Source of the DNA: an uncultured delta proteobacterium
GTDB lineage: Bacteria; Myxococcota_A; Polyangia; Fen-1088
Assembly: GCA_963767925.1 (NCBI GenBank)
Contig: CAVYGB010000008.1
Coordinates: forward strand, 1,504,001 to 1,568,000
Direction of reading: 5' to 3'
DNA: 64,000 nt
Below are positions 39,975 through 51,600 of this stretch, in pieces. Both the position numbers and the translations under genes were made by a program. The first letter of the stretch is position 1. Each line of letters starts with the position of its first letter. The notes below the pieces were generated by a model. It had not been told where the DNA came from and searched no databases. It saw only the letters and a list, made by a program, of their open reading frames with translations.

Positions 39975-41972
39975 GGCACTACCTCGGAGGTCGGCGGGGA
40001 GGGTTTGTCGGAGGGAGGCGTCCCCGGGCCGGTGCGACCGGGCGCCAGCTTGGCGCGGGTCCGCTTCTTGCGCTTGGCGGTCATCACGAAGCCCAGCCCG
40101 ACGACGAGGGCGGGGACCGCAAAGATCGACAGGTAGAACCAGATCAGGTCCTCCTTGCGCGTGTGCGTGACGGGCATGTCCTCTTCGCTGCTCACCTGAC
40201 CGCTGAAGCGTTCCTCACCGGCCAGCCAGCGGAAGGTATCGACCACGAGGATCTGGTTGCCCCGGTTGAGCCGCAGGGCCCGGTCGGTCAGCAGATCCGA
40301 GTCGGCCATCACGACAACCCGCGCCTCCTCGTCCGGCCCCACCGCGCTGGCGTTCCGCTTGGTGACCGAGGCGATGAGGTCGTAGGAGGCCCGCATCTCG
40401 GCCCCCTCGTTGAAGTTGAAGTCCCCGTTCTTGTCGGCCCAGGTGTCCTTCGGGGTGCGAAGGTTGACGTCGACGTTGATGATCCCGGTCCCCGCCTTCT
40501 CCTTCTTGGCGAGGTACCCGGCGCCCATGAGGAGCACCGCTCCCCGGTCGCCCATCCGGCTGTTGGTGGTGACCGAAGCGTGGGACGACCAGCTCACCGC
40601 CCCGATGTTGATCCGGTCGGAGATCTGCCGGGTCAGCGGGTAGTAATAGGCGTCGTGGGCCAGAGGGACCGGGTTGTATTCGAGCCAGAGGTTCGACAGC
40701 AGCTCGGAGAAGGTCAGCCCCGCCTCCGGATCGAGCGCGACGAGCAGGCGGCCGTTCCGGTCGAGGTAGCGCTGCAGGGCCACGTTCTCCTCGGGCAAAA
40801 ACGGCTTTGCCGGCCCCACCACCAGCACCAGAGAAGCGTCGGCCGGCACGTCGGTGCCGAGGCCCTGGGCCAGGCCCAGGTCCTTCACCTCGAAGCCCTG
40901 ATCGGCGAGCTGTGCCCGCAGGGCCCGCACGCTGCTCCGGCGCTCACCCGCCTCCGGGTCGTGCACGCCGGGGGCGTCGCTGCGTTCGTCGTGGCCGGCG
41001 GTGAAGTAGGCCACCTTCTGCTTGCGGCTCACCTGCAGCAGGCGCTTCTGGAAGTCGCCGTCGAGGCTACGCAGGTTGGCCCGCGCCCGGTCGATCTCGA
41101 GGGCCACGCCCGATCTGCTCGCGCATGGCGTCGCGGGCGACGACGATGACGCCGTTGGCGGCGACCCCGAGCTCGCGGGCCTTGGCCGGGTTGATCGCCT
41201 GATCCCAGCGCTGCAGGCTGAGCATCCTGGACTCCCGGGACAGCTCGGAGAAGTACGACTCCACCTCTTCCCGCACCTCGTTTGCCGGCGGGAAGAACAG
41301 GTGGACGGTGACCGGCTTGTCGAGAGCCGCCACGATCTTCTTCGTCGACTCCCCCGGACGGGCGGTCCGGAAGTACGAGAAGTCCACCCGACCGTCCCGC
41401 TCCGAGGCGACGTAGGTCAGCGAGAAGCAGAAGACGAGGGCCAGGGCGATGCTGAGGCCCGACAGCAGCGCCGATCGCACCCGCCCGATCTCGATGACCG
41501 GCGCCTTCGCCATGCTGAAGAGGGCCATCTCCACGAAGAGGATGGGCAGGAAGCTGGCCACCAGGAGGGCCGGCCAGAGGACGGACAGCACCCCCGACAG
41601 GCGGGGCATCGACTGCTCCAGCGCACGCCCGCTCATGCGGATCGCCAGGTCCGAATCGATGAAATGCAGCAAGAGGGCCAGCGCCCCGATCCCGTAGAGG
41701 AGCAGCAGGGCACGCTCGGGGATCCGGTAGTTGGCCGGCCCCGAGGCCTGCCGGAGCGCGCGGACCGCGATGGCCGCCAGCACGAGCACCACGCCGAGGA
41801 CCGTGAACACGGTCTGGGTCTCCCCGACGTCGAGCACGCGCTCGCCGAGGAAGATGGCCATCAGGCCGCCGAGGAAGAGGAGGGTGGGGTAGATGGCCGG
41901 TCGGTAGACCGGCCCGCCCGGAGCCCGGCCGGGAGCGGCCGGGGCGGGCGCCGAAGGATCGTTCAACGCCAT
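39971..41972 (-). CDS. GldG-like ABC auxiliary protein, one apparent frameshift (~41110)
   Basis: N-terminal TMs, RVDFSY, VAYFTAGHDE, LVVGP, GRLLVALDP, VVVMADSD, GNQ, C-terminal TM. Confidence 0.82.
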
Positions 41973-42687
41973 CGTCGAGCCTCCACAACGCGCGTCGCGC
42001 AGAACAGAGCGAAGTAGGTTATGGCCAGGTAATAGACGACGTCCCGCAGGTGAATCACGCCCACCTGGAAGGGGGGAAAGTGGCGATGGTAGAGGGCGAG
42101 CGACTCGAACACCCGGTTGATAGGGTGTTCGGTCACCTTGGCCAGCAGCCACATGACGATGAGGGCGACGATGAGACAGCCCGAGACGATGGCCGCCAGC
42201 ACCTGGGTTCGGGCCACCGCCGAGCCGAAGGTTCCGATGGCCAGCGTCGCCCCGCCGAGCAGCACCAGGCCCAGGTAGCCCACCACGACGTGCCCGAAGG
42301 AGACCTTGCCGTTGACCAGGATGAGGGCCGGCATGAACACGGTCAGCAGGGTCATGATGGTGAGGAAGGCCCAGCCCGAGAGGAACTTGCCGAGCACGAT
42401 CTCGTGGTCCCGTACCGGCGAGGAGGTCAGGAGCACCAGGGTGCCCGTCTGTTTCTCCTCGGCGAACAGGCGCATCGAGATGAAAACGCTCGCGATCATC
42501 GTGGTGCCGCTGGAAAAGTAGAAGAACAGCGCCAGCACCTGCCCCGACAGCTTCTCGGGGCCGCCGAGGGCGAAGGCGTTGAACAGGATGCCGTCGACAA
42601 CCAGGACGGCGGCCACGATGATGTAGCCGGTCATGGAGTGGACATAGGCGCCGAGCTCGCGGCGAGGATCAACCAGATCGGGGTCAC
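41963..42687 (-). CDS. GldF-like ABC-2 permease, apparent frameshift near the start (~42667)
   Basis: RRELGAY..S..GY, SMRLFAEEKQTGTL.LL.SSP, IVLGKF; GTG start (MTPIWLI) overlaps ATPase stop. Confidence 0.88.
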
Positions 42688-43660
42688 GACGGCCTCCTGC
42701 CGGCTGCCGCGGCGGCGTCGGCAACATCGCCCGATCCGGTCCGGGCGAGCTGGATGAAGATGGTCTCGAGTCGGGTCGCGCCGCGATCGAAGCGCAGCAG
42801 ATCCAGTCCGGCCAGGACCAGCGTCCGGGCGAGCTGAGCCCGCACGTCCGAGAGGGCCGAGATCCGCAAGGAGACCTCGCCGCCCACGTCCTGGACGACC
42901 TCGACCTGGTTCACGCCGAGCACCCCCCGGGCCGCTTCCTGAGCGCGGGTGGCGCTGCCCCGGATCGTCACCTCGATCTCGTGTGCCGTGCCGAGGGTGG
43001 CGGCCAGATCCTGCTCGCTGCCCTGGGCGACGATCTCGCCCTTCTGGATCACGAGGAGCCGGTCGCAGGTCTGGCTGATCTCGGCCAGGAAGTGGCTGGA
43101 GATGAGCAGCGTGTGCTCCCCTCGCAGGCGGCGGATGAGCCCCCGCATCTCGACGATCTGCACCGGGTCGAGCCCGGCGGTGGGTTCGTCGAGGATGAGG
43201 AGGGCCGGGCGGTGGACCATCGCCTGGGCCAGTCCGACCCGCTGGCGATAGCCGTGCGACAGGCTGCTGATGAGCTCGTCGTGCACGTCCCGCAAGGCGG
43301 TCTTGTCCTCCGCCTCGCTGACGCGCGCTGGCGCATCTTTGGCCGAGACACCCCGCGCAGGCGCGCGGCGAAGGTGAGGTAAGAACCCACCGTCATCTCG
43401 CCGTAGAGCGGCGGGGTGTCGGGCAAGAAGCCTATCTTGCGGCGAACCTCGTGCGGGTTGGCCAGCACGTCGACACCATCGACGACCACCTTGCCCGAGG
43501 TGGGCAGAAGGAGGCAGCCGAGGATCTTGAGGGTGGTTGTTTTACCTGCACCGTTGAGCCCGAGAAACCCGATGACCTGGCCTCGTTTGATGTCGAAGCT
43601 GAGATCTCGAATTGCGGCGTGCTCCCCGTAATACTTCGTGAGCTGACGAACCTCGATCAT
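42684..43660 (-). CDS. GldA-like ABC ATP-binding protein, one apparent frameshift (~43347)
   Basis: [32 protein letters not shown]. Confidence 0.92.
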
Positions 43661-43808
43661 GGCGAAGTGGGTAGAGGTATATCGCAGGGATTCGCCAGGA
43701 CAAAGTCTTCCGCGAGGCTGACCCCTGTTTCGCTGCTCGCCTGACCCGGGTGCCCGGCCGCGCTGCTCCCGGCGTCGGAGGAAGACGCTGCGCCCTCCGC
43801 GGGCCGCG

Positions 43809-44813
43809 TTGATCGGGGCCCTGGGCCTCGCGCTGGCCCCCGGCTGTCAGTGCTCGGCAGAGCCGACGCTCGAGGCGTCGCCAGCCCTGCCCGCGGCTTT
43901 CACCTCCCTGGCCGCCGCGCCGGACACCGGGCCACCGCCCGAGCCGCCGCCGCCCCCCACCGTCGTGATCGCGGCGGCCGGAGACATCGCCGGACGGATC
44001 ACCCACCACCGGGCCACCGCCAACCTCTTGCTGGGGATGGCCGAACGCGAGCCCCTCTCCGCTCTGCTAGCCCTGGGCGACCTGCAGTACCCCAGGGGGG
44101 AGTACCACGACTTTCTCGCCCACTATCATCAGAGCTGGGGCCATCCCACCCTGCGGGCGATCACCCGCCCGGTCCCCGGAAACCACGAATACGACCAGGG
44201 ACGTTCGGACGCTAGCGGGTACTGGGACTATTTCAACGGTCCCGGCCGATCCAGCGGCATGGCCGGTGAGCGGCACAAGGGGTACTACAGCTTCGACCTC
44301 GGGGAATGGCACCTGGTGGCGCTCAACAGCAGCAACGGCTGTCGCCGGGTCTCCTGCGCACCGGGCTCGGCCATGCACACCTGGCTGGTCCAGGACCTCG
44401 AGCGCACCCGCAGCCGCTGCGTACTGGCCTTCTGGCATCACCCCCGCTTCCAGGTGGGCAACCACGCCGACAACCGGGCAGTGGCCCCCCTGTGGGACGC
44501 CCTCTACGACGCCGGGGCCGACGTGGTCCTCAACGGCCACGACCACAACTTCCAGCAGCTCGCCCGGCTCGACAAGCGCGGCCGGATCGATCCCCAGCGG
44601 GGCATCCGCTCCTTCGTGGTGGGCACGGGGGGCGCGCCGGCCTACACCCGGTTCGACGACAGCTTGCATCCGGGCGCCGGGGAGACGGTCCTGGCCAGCC
44701 GCGCCGGGGTGCTGCTCCTCACCCTGGAGCCCGGCGCCTACCGCTGGCGCTTCGTGGCCGCCGACACCGCCGAGGGCCGCGTGCTCGCCGAGGGCCGCGA
44801 TGTCTGCCGCTGA
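43809..44813 (+). CDS. Secreted metallophosphoesterase (calcineurin-like, purple-acid-phosphatase type)
   Basis: AAGDI, LGDLQY, PGNHEY, HHP, GHDH. Confidence 0.9.
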   Translation: MIGALGLALAPGCQCSAEPTLEASPALPAAFTSLAAAPDTGPPPEPPPPPTVVIAAAGDIAGRITHHRATANLLLGMAEREPLSALLALGDLQYPRGEYHDFLAHYHQSWGHPTLRAITRPVPGNHEYDQGRSDASGYWDYFNGPGRSSGMAGERHKGYYSFDLGEWHLVALNSSNGCRRVSCAPGSAMHTWLVQDLERTRSRCVLAFWHHPRFQVGNHADNRAVAPLWDALYDAGADVVLNGHDHNFQQLARLDKRGRIDPQRGIRSFVVGTGGAPAYTRFDDSLHPGAGETVLASRAGVLLLTLEPGAYRWRFVAADTAEGRVLAEGRDVCR

Positions 44814-44885
44814 GCCCTCCGAGCAACCGGCTCCCGGTGGCGAGCCTCACTCGCCTTTTGGCGCGAGCCAGGGTAAAAGATCCAG

Positions 44886-45353
44886 ATGCGAAAGCTGCTC
44901 GTCGCATCCGCGTTCACCCTGTGCCTGGCGGGCCCCGCCTCTGCCCATGCCATGGGTCTCGAGATCTCGCTCGGTAAAGGAGCGGAGGTTTCGCCCAACC
45001 AGGCGGCCCAGCCCATCAACCTGATGGTGGCCCCGGGGATCTCCTTCGTGATCGTCCGGCTGCAGCTCGGCCTTGTCGCCGATCTGCCCGACGTCAAGGA
45101 CAGCGAGTTCGACATCGGCTTGCGGCCGATGTTGACCATCTCGCCGCCGATCCTCCCGCTTTACGCCCGGCTGGTGTTCGCGGTCAACAACCTGCTGAAC
45201 GACACGACGGTGGCCTACGGCGGTGCGCTCGGGCTGTCCTTCGGCCTGGGTGGCATCGGGGTATTCGCCGAGGCCGGCCTCTTGCCCCGTAGCGTGAACG
45301 ACCGGACGAGCTGGGTGCTCGAGGGCCGCGTCGGGTTGTCGCTCGGTTTCTGA
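44886..45353 (+). CDS. Small outer-membrane beta-barrel protein
   Basis: Signal peptide (AHA), amphipathic strands, terminal F. Confidence 0.65.
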   Translation: MRKLLVASAFTLCLAGPASAHAMGLEISLGKGAEVSPNQAAQPINLMVAPGISFVIVRLQLGLVADLPDVKDSEFDIGLRPMLTISPPILPLYARLVFAVNNLLNDTTVAYGGALGLSFGLGGIGVFAEAGLLPRSVNDRTSWVLEGRVGLSLGF

Positions 45354-45378
45354 CCCCGCCGGTACTATCCTTGGGACC

Positions 45379-45798
45379 GTGCGTACGGTCCCGGTTCCGG
45401 TCCGGCAGTACCCCACGGTGCGGCAGTACATGTCGCCATCGCCGTGGACGATTGCCCGGACCCAGCCGCTGGGCGCCGCCCAGCGCCTCATGCGTGAGCG
45501 GGGCATCCGCTACCTGCCGGTTGTCGACGGCGATCGCGTGATCGGCACCGTCTCGGAGCGCGACATCTCCCTCCTCGAGTCCTTTCCGGGCGTCGACCCC
45601 ACCAACCTGCGGGTCGAGGAGGCGATGGCCTCCGACCCGTACAAGGTCTCGCCCGACGCCCCCCTCGCCGAGGTCGTCACAACCCTCCTCGAACGTCGGC
45701 TCGGCTCCGCCATCGTCCTGGAAGCCGACCGCGTGACCGGCGTCTTCACCACCCACGACGCCCTCCGCGCCCTGGCCGACCTGCTCGAGAAGCCGTGA
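45379..45798 (+). CDS. CBS domain protein
   Basis: VRQYMSPSP, IRYLPVVDG..IGTVSERD, VEEAM, GVFTTHD. Confidence 0.9.
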   Translation: MRTVPVPVRQYPTVRQYMSPSPWTIARTQPLGAAQRLMRERGIRYLPVVDGDRVIGTVSERDISLLESFPGVDPTNLRVEEAMASDPYKVSPDAPLAEVVTTLLERRLGSAIVLEADRVTGVFTTHDALRALADLLEKP

Positions 45799-45802
45799 GC
45801 GG

Positions 45803-47242
45803 TCAGGTTCCGCGGTGGCGCTGCTCGGCGCGCAGGAACGCCAGGAACTCGCGGCGGGTGCGGGGGCCGAGGTAACGCCGGGGGTGGGGGAGGGGGACGG
45901 AGCGGGGGTCGTCCAGGTAGGCCATGCGCAACCGATCGATCGCGTCGTCGGCGACGGCGTAGCGCACCGCCGCCGGGTCGATCCCATAGACCGCGGCGCC
46001 GTTGAGGCCGAGGATCCTGCGCTTCACCTCGGTGGTGAGCGGTGGGTAGACGTCGCGGAGAGCGGGGGGCATCTCGAACAGCCAGAAGGCGTCGACTTGC
46101 GGCTGAGGATTGCCGGTGAACACGCTGTCCGTCCCCCAGAGGATGCGCTCAGGGCCAAGCTGGGCGAGCAGCTTGCCCAGCACGTGCCCGGCGGCGAGCG
46201 CGTCGCCCATCAAGTTGAACCAGGTGTTGCCCAGCTCGGCGTACAGGTTGCCGCCCGGCCCGATGCCGCTCTCGCGCAGCGCCTTGATCAGGCGGTCGAC
46301 CCCGCGCGTGTCGTTGCCCGCGTCGAGGTAGGGGTGGTTCTCGTCGTTGGCCGCCTCCCAGCCCGAGTGGTAGACGAGGAACTTGATGTCCGGGTAGAGG
46401 CGCGCCGCCCGGACCATGTCCCGCGGTGAACCGGGCGCCAGATAGTCGCCGTTGCCGCTCAAGCCCCGGTGGGCGGCGACAACCTTCACGTCCAGGTCGA
46501 TCGCCCGCTGCATGAAGGGCGCGACGTCCGGGTGGTCCAGCCCGTGCCCGGGCTGCTGGGGGAACACCTTCCAGGCCGCTATGCCCGGAAAGCGATGCGC
46601 CACCTCGGCCTGATAGTCGGGCTCGCCGGGGGCCTCCGGATCGGCGTTGCAGTGAAACAGCAGTCGGGGCCCCCCCAGCCGATCGATCAGCTCGCCCACC
46701 ACCGCCTTGGCCTCGACGTTGCCGATCCCGAGGCTTCGGGTGGTGGGCACGCCCGAGACGCAGGCCACGGTCGTCTGGCACTGCACGAAGATGCGCTTGA
46801 GGAAGTCCAGCACGAGCTCTGGCGGGCTGGCGGGCGGCCAGGGCAAGATCTCGACGTCCGTGATGTGGGTCTGCACGTCGAACACGAACGGGTCGTGGCG
46901 CAGCACCTGGCGGGCCTGCGCCATGTCCTCCAGCGCGCCGGCATCGATGTCGTACCCCGAAGCGTCCCGGCCGCCCGCACCGCCCTCGACCGCGCCGCCC
47001 CGGCTGCCGCACGCCGTGAGCTGCCCGAGCGTGAACAGCCAGGCCGCCGTGCCGCAGGCGCTGTCCGCGAACTGCCGCCGGGTCATCCCCAGCCGGCGAT
47101 GTTTCTGCTCCACCAGCGATCGCCACATCTCCAGCCGGCGCCGCCCGAGCTCCGTCGGCGGCAGGGGACAGTGCTCACCGTTGGAGGGCGGATCGAAGTC
47201 CACCGGCGGCAACACCGGCCATTCCGGCTGCGACTTCCTCAT
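45803..47242 (-). CDS. Tat-exported amidohydrolase-2 family protein
   Basis: SNGE, TRRQF, LTAC; DVQTH, AHRG, VYHSG, YAELG, WGTDS. Confidence 0.85.
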   Translation of the reverse strand: MRKSQPEWPVLPPVDFDPPSNGEHCPLPPTELGRRRLEMWRSLVEQKHRRLGMTRRQFADSACGTAAWLFTLGQLTACGSRGGAVEGGAGGRDASGYDIDAGALEDMAQARQVLRHDPFVFDVQTHITDVEILPWPPASPPELVLDFLKRIFVQCQTTVACVSGVPTTRSLGIGNVEAKAVVGELIDRLGGPRLLFHCNADPEAPGEPDYQAEVAHRFPGIAAWKVFPQQPGHGLDHPDVAPFMQRAIDLDVKVVAAHRGLSGNGDYLAPGSPRDMVRAARLYPDIKFLVYHSGWEAANDENHPYLDAGNDTRGVDRLIKALRESGIGPGGNLYAELGNTWFNLMGDALAAGHVLGKLLAQLGPERILWGTDSVFTGNPQPQVDAFWLFEMPPALRDVYPPLTTEVKRRILGLNGAAVYGIDPAAVRYAVADDAIDRLRMAYLDDPRSVPLPHPRRYLGPRTRREFLAFLRAEQRHRGT

Positions 47243-47325
47243 GCCCGTGACTATACCGCGCGCCGTGGCGCCGGCGTCGAGACTATCCTCGAGGAACACC
47301 AGCCGGTCGACGGCAGCGATCAGGT

Positions 47326-50300
47326 TCAGGTCACGCCTGGTGATTGCCCAGGCGGGTGCTCGCCCTGGTGCAGGAAACGGCCGAGGACCGAGCCCAGCTT
47401 CTCCCGGTCGATCGGCTTGGTGAGGTAGCCGTCCATGCCGGCGGCGTAGGCGCGCTGCTCGTCGCCGCTCATGGCCAGGGCGGTGAGGGCCACGATCGGG
47501 ATGCGCGCGGTATCAACGCTGGATTTCAGCTCCCGGGCGGCGGTGTAGCCGTCTTTGCGGGGCATGGCGAGATCCATGAAGATGAGCGCGGGCTTCGGCT
47601 CGCGCTGGGCGGCAGCGATGGCCTTGTCGCCGTCCTCGGCGTCGACCACCCGGTAACCCATGCGCTCCAGCAGGTGCCGGGCCAGGGTGCGGTTGGTGTC
47701 GTTGTCATCGACGACCAGGATGACCGGCGGCTCGCTCGGCGCGGCCGACGCGACCACCATCGGTGCGGAGGCGGAGTTCCGGCGGTCACGCAGGGCGGTG
47801 GCGGCGTTGACCGCGGCCAGCAGCTCCTCGTCGGTCACGTTGCCTTTCTCGGCGATGGAGCGGACCTGACGGCGCAGGCGGGCACGTTCATCCTCGCCGA
47901 GCTCGGCCGCGGTGAGCACGATGATGGGCACGGCGCGGGTGCGCGGGTCAGCGAGCAGCCGCTCCACCACCTCGAAGCCCGACATCTCGGGCATCACCAG
48001 GTCCACGATGATGGCGTCCGGGGGCTGGGCCTGGGCCAGGGCCAGTCCCTCGGTCGGGCGGGTGGCCGAGCGCAGGCGGTATCCGGTCGGCTCGAGCGCC
48101 GCTCGCAGCAGGTCGTGGACCCGCTGATCGTCGTCGATGAGCAGGATCTCGGAGCCGTCCCGGCCGCCCCCGATGACCGCCCGGTCGAGCGAACGCAGCA
48201 AGCTCTGGGTCTCGAACGGCTTGGCCAGCAGGCTGGCCGGCCGAGGGAAGGCGCTCATGACCACCGGGATGTCGCGGGTGGCCTCGCCCCGGGCCAGCGC
48301 ATCGAGCACCGCTATGCCGTCGCGTCGTTCGGTGGCGGGGTCGAGCACGATGGCGGAGGGGCGCAGCTCGGTCGCCACCACCGCCGGGTCACGGCCGTTG
48401 TCGAAGCGGGCCACCCGGTAACCTTCCCGCCCGAGGCGGGCCGCGAGGTGGGCGCCGGTACCGGGGTCGCTGTCCACCAGCAACACGAGCGGACCGGCCG
48501 GCGACGGGGTCGGCACGCGCGCCGCCGACTCGGCTACCGGCAGGGTGAAGGCGAAGCCGCTGCCGTGGCCCACCGTGCTCTCCACCGTCACCTCGCCCCC
48601 GTGGAGCTGGACCAGGCGGCGGGTGATGGCCAGCCCCAACCCGGTGCCCTGGTGCTTCTTAACCATGGGATCTTCGCCCTGGACGAACGGCTCGAAGAGC
48701 CGCCCCAGGAGCTCGGCGTTCATACCTGGTCCATGGTCGACCACTTGGAAGCGCACGAAACGCTGGCTGACCTCGACTTCAACCCGGACCTCGATGGCTG
48801 CGCCTGCGGGGGAGAACTTGATGGCGTTCGACAGGAGGTTGAGCAGGATCTGCCGGACCTTGCCGGCGTCGGCCCGCACCGGCCGGCTGGAGACCACCCG
48901 CTCATCGATCTGCAGGCGCTTCTCGCGGGCCGAAGCCTGCACCAGGGCACAGGCGTCCCTGACCGCGTGCTCGGGTAACATGTCCTCCGGCGCCAGGCGG
49001 AGCGCGCCCGCCTCGATCTTCGATAGGTCGAGGATGTCGTTGATGAGCGCCAGCAGGTGGCGCCCGCTCGCCAGCACGTGGCCAATGAATTCGCGCTCGA
49101 GGTCGGGCTTGGCCTGGGCGGCCCCGCCGAGCAGGAGCTCGGAGAAGCCGATCACGGCGTTGAGCGGGGTGCGCAGCTCGTGGGACATGTTGGCCAGGAA
49201 CTCGGATTTCATACGGCTCGCGCGTTCGAGCTCCGCCCCTTTGACCTGCAGCTCCTCCTGTTGCCGGCGCAGCTCGTCCTTCTGGGCCACGAGCTCGTTC
49301 TTCTGGACCTGCAGCTCCTGGTTAGCCTGTTCGAGCGCCGCGGTGCGGTCCCTGACCCGCTCTTCCAGGGTGTCGTGCGCGGTCGCCACCGCCACCGCCA
49401 TGTCGTTGAAGGCACGGGCCAGGGCGCCGACCTCGTCGTCGCTCTCCGCGGTGACCCGCACCCGGCGGTCGCCGGCGCGCATCGCCGTCGCCGCCCGCAT
49501 CAGCGCGTCGATCGGCAGCACGATCCGGCCGGCCAGGGCCAGCCCGAGGGAAAGCGCGACGATAACGAGGATCGCCCCGCCGGCCGCTGTCGAGAGGGCG
49601 AGGCGGGACACCGGGCCTTCGAGCGCCGCTTCGGGCACCAGGCAAAAGAGGGTCCAGTCGGTGGCCCGCAAGCGTTTGGTCACCCCGAGGTTGACTTCGT
49701 TGTTGGCCGGAGACGTCCCGGTGAAGTAGCGCTCCCTCGGGGGAGCGCCCTTCAGCGCCCGGGTGAACTCCGCCTCCATGACCGAAGGGGTCTCGAGCAG
49801 CCGCCGGGTGTCCCGACCAAACCGTTGCCCGGCGATCAGGCTGGCCAGCAGGTCGGGCGGCAACGGACCCGCCGGTCGGAAGACCTCGGCCTCGTTGAAG
49901 CTGTGGGCGATGCGGATGCCCTGCCCGTCGTAGAGGACCGAGAAGCTGCCCAGCCCGGCCCGACCGTTGGCCGCCCGGATGACGTCCCAGAAGGCACCAG
50001 CCTGTACCGTCACCACCACCACCCCGACCACCGCGGACTGCTCGGAGAAGACCGGCGCGGCATAGACCAAAACCGGTGCGTTCTCTGGGAGCAGGGGCGA
50101 CAGGAAGATGTCCGAGATGTACTGGTGGCCCGACATCGCCGCTTGAAAATAGGCCAGCCCCGACAGATTCGAGTTGCGCGGCACGGTCTCGGTGCTGGCC
50201 AGGCTCCGGCCGCTGGCGTTGAGCAACGCCACCCCGCGCAGTCGCCGGTCGCTCTGCAGGTAGACCTGCAGGAGACGCTGCAGGTCCGGCAGGTCGCCGG

Positions 50301-50580
50301 AAGGCGAAGCCGTCGCTGCCGACGCGCGCGCCACCAGCGGGACGCCGGCGAGGCGCGCGGCCATGCCGCTATAGAGCTCGTGGAAGGCGTCCAGCTCGAC
50401 GGCGAGCTGATCGGCGCGCGCGGCCAGCAGGGAGACCGCGTCGCTGCGGATGAGAGCGCGGGTCCGCAGGAACATGGTGCCGATGCCCAGGGCGAGCGGC
50501 AGCGCCGAGCCCAGCAGCAAGAGCACCAGCAACTTCCGCCGTAGAGGGAGCCGATCAAACCAAGGTCTCAACAGCATCAA
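47326..50580 (-). CDS. Hybrid histidine kinase (Cache-HAMP-HisKA-HATPase-3xREC)
   Basis: FLANMSHELRTPLN, NLLSNAIKF, DHGPGM, GTGLGL; three receiver-like domains. Confidence 0.95.
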   Translation of the reverse strand: MMLLRPWFDRLPLRRKLLVLLLLGSALPLALGIGTMFLRTRALIRSDAVSLLAARADQLAVELDAFHELYSGMAARLAGVPLVARASAATASPSGDLPDLQRLLQVYLQSDRRLRGVALLNASGRSLASTETVPRNSNLSGLAYFQAAMSGHQYISDIFLSPLLPENAPVLVYAAPVFSEQSAVVGVVVVTVQAGAFWDVIRAANGRAGLGSFSVLYDGQGIRIAHSFNEAEVFRPAGPLPPDLLASLIAGQRFGRDTRRLLETPSVMEAEFTRALKGAPPRERYFTGTSPANNEVNLGVTKRLRATDWTLFCLVPEAALEGPVSRLALSTAAGGAILVIVALSLGLALAGRIVLPIDALMRAATAMRAGDRRVRVTAESDDEVGALARAFNDMAVAVATAHDTLEERVRDRTAALEQANQELQVQKNELVAQKDELRRQQEELQVKGAELERASRMKSEFLANMSHELRTPLNAVIGFSELLLGGAAQAKPDLEREFIGHVLASGRHLLALINDILDLSKIEAGALRLAPEDMLPEHAVRDACALVQASAREKRLQIDERVVSSRPVRADAGKVRQILLNLLSNAIKFSPAGAAIEVRVEVEVSQRFVRFQVVDHGPGMNAELLGRLFEPFVQGEDPMVKKHQGTGLGLAITRRLVQLHGGEVTVESTVGHGSGFAFTLPVAESAARVPTPSPAGPLVLLVDSDPGTGAHLAARLGREGYRVARFDNGRDPAVVATELRPSAIVLDPATERRDGIAVLDALARGEATRDIPVVMSAFPRPASLLAKPFETQSLLRSLDRAVIGGGRDGSEILLIDDDQRVHDLLRAALEPTGYRLRSATRPTEGLALAQAQPPDAIIVDLVMPEMSGFEVVERLLADPRTRAVPIIVLTAAELGEDERARLRRQVRSIAEKGNVTDEELLAAVNAATALRDRRNSASAPMVVASAAPSEPPVILVVDDNDTNRTLARHLLERMGYRVVDAEDGDKAIAAAQREPKPALIFMDLAMPRKDGYTAARELKSSVDTARIPIVALTALAMSGDEQRAYAAGMDGYLTKPIDREKLGSVLGRFLHQGEHPPGQSPGVT

Positions 50581-51419
50581 TCTCCCCGCTGATAGATGCG
50601 CAAGGCCTCGCGTATACCCGGATAGGGACGGAAGCCGCGCAACGCCTCCCCCTCGAGAGATTCGAACGACCCCAGGACCAGAACGCCGCCGGGACGGAGC
50701 ACCCCCCGCAGCCGTTCGAGCGCCTTGGTCCGCAGGCGGGCATCGAAGTAGATGAGCACGTTACGCACCGCCATCAACTCGAAGGCCGCCACGATGGCTT
50801 CGGAAGGCGCCAGGCGAGGTCCAATCAGATCGTGCTGCGCAAAAGTGACCCGGGCGCGCAACTCGGCCCCGACGACGAGATCCGCTCCCACCCGGCGAAA
50901 GAAGCGTTCACGCCAGATGGTCGGGACGCTTTCGGCCGATTGATACCGGCCGGCGCGCGCCCCGGCCAGGGATCGTTCGTCGACGTCGGTGGCCAGGAGC
51001 TGACCGATGGGCAGGACTCCGGCGTCTCCGAGCGAGACGAGCAACATGGCGAGGGTCCAGGCCTCCTCGCCCGACGCGACCCCCACCGACCAGGCCCGCA
51101 ATCCGCCCGGCGGGGGGCGCGCAGCCAGCGCCGGCAGCACCTCGCGCTGCAAGGCCTCCCACACCTCCGGCTCGCGAAAGAAGTCCGACACGGGCACCAC
51201 CAGGGCGTGGGCCAGGCGGCAAAGCTCCTCGGTGTGGCTCTCGAGAAACTCCCGGTAGTCGGCCAGGCTGGAGACCCCGGTCGCCTTGACCCGACATTCG
51301 ATTCCCCGTCGCACGGTTTCTCGGCGGTGGTCACTGAAGTCGACCCCCGACCGCGTGCGCATGAGCGCCAGGATGCGCCGCCGCTCCTGGTCGTCATCCG
51401 TATGACCTACACGTGACAT
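50577..51419 (-). CDS. cheR: CheR-family protein-glutamate O-methyltransferase
   Basis: SGVDFS, VSDFFRE, WSVGVASGEEAWTLA, ATDVD, RNVLIYFD, LRPGG.LVLG. Confidence 0.92.
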   Translation of the reverse strand: MSRVGHTDDDQERRRILALMRTRSGVDFSDHRRETVRRGIECRVKATGVSSLADYREFLESHTEELCRLAHALVVPVSDFFREPEVWEALQREVLPALAARPPPGGLRAWSVGVASGEEAWTLAMLLVSLGDAGVLPIGQLLATDVDERSLAGARAGRYQSAESVPTIWRERFFRRVGADLVVGAELRARVTFAQHDLIGPRLAPSEAIVAAFELMAVRNVLIYFDARLRTKALERLRGVLRPGGVLVLGSFESLEGEALRGFRPYPGIREALRIYQRGD

Positions 51420-51600
51420 GATCTCGATCGCGCGGGTCCTGTGATCCTGGACGCGCAGCTGTCGGTGACCAACCCATCATGGGACGGCCCACCCCCGGCA
51501 CTGCTCGGGGATTTGCGACAAGACCCCGTTTCAGGGTTGCCCCTGCTGGAAGCACAGGGCGGGGTCCCCGACGCCTCGACCGCGTCGAAGTCGACCTCGC

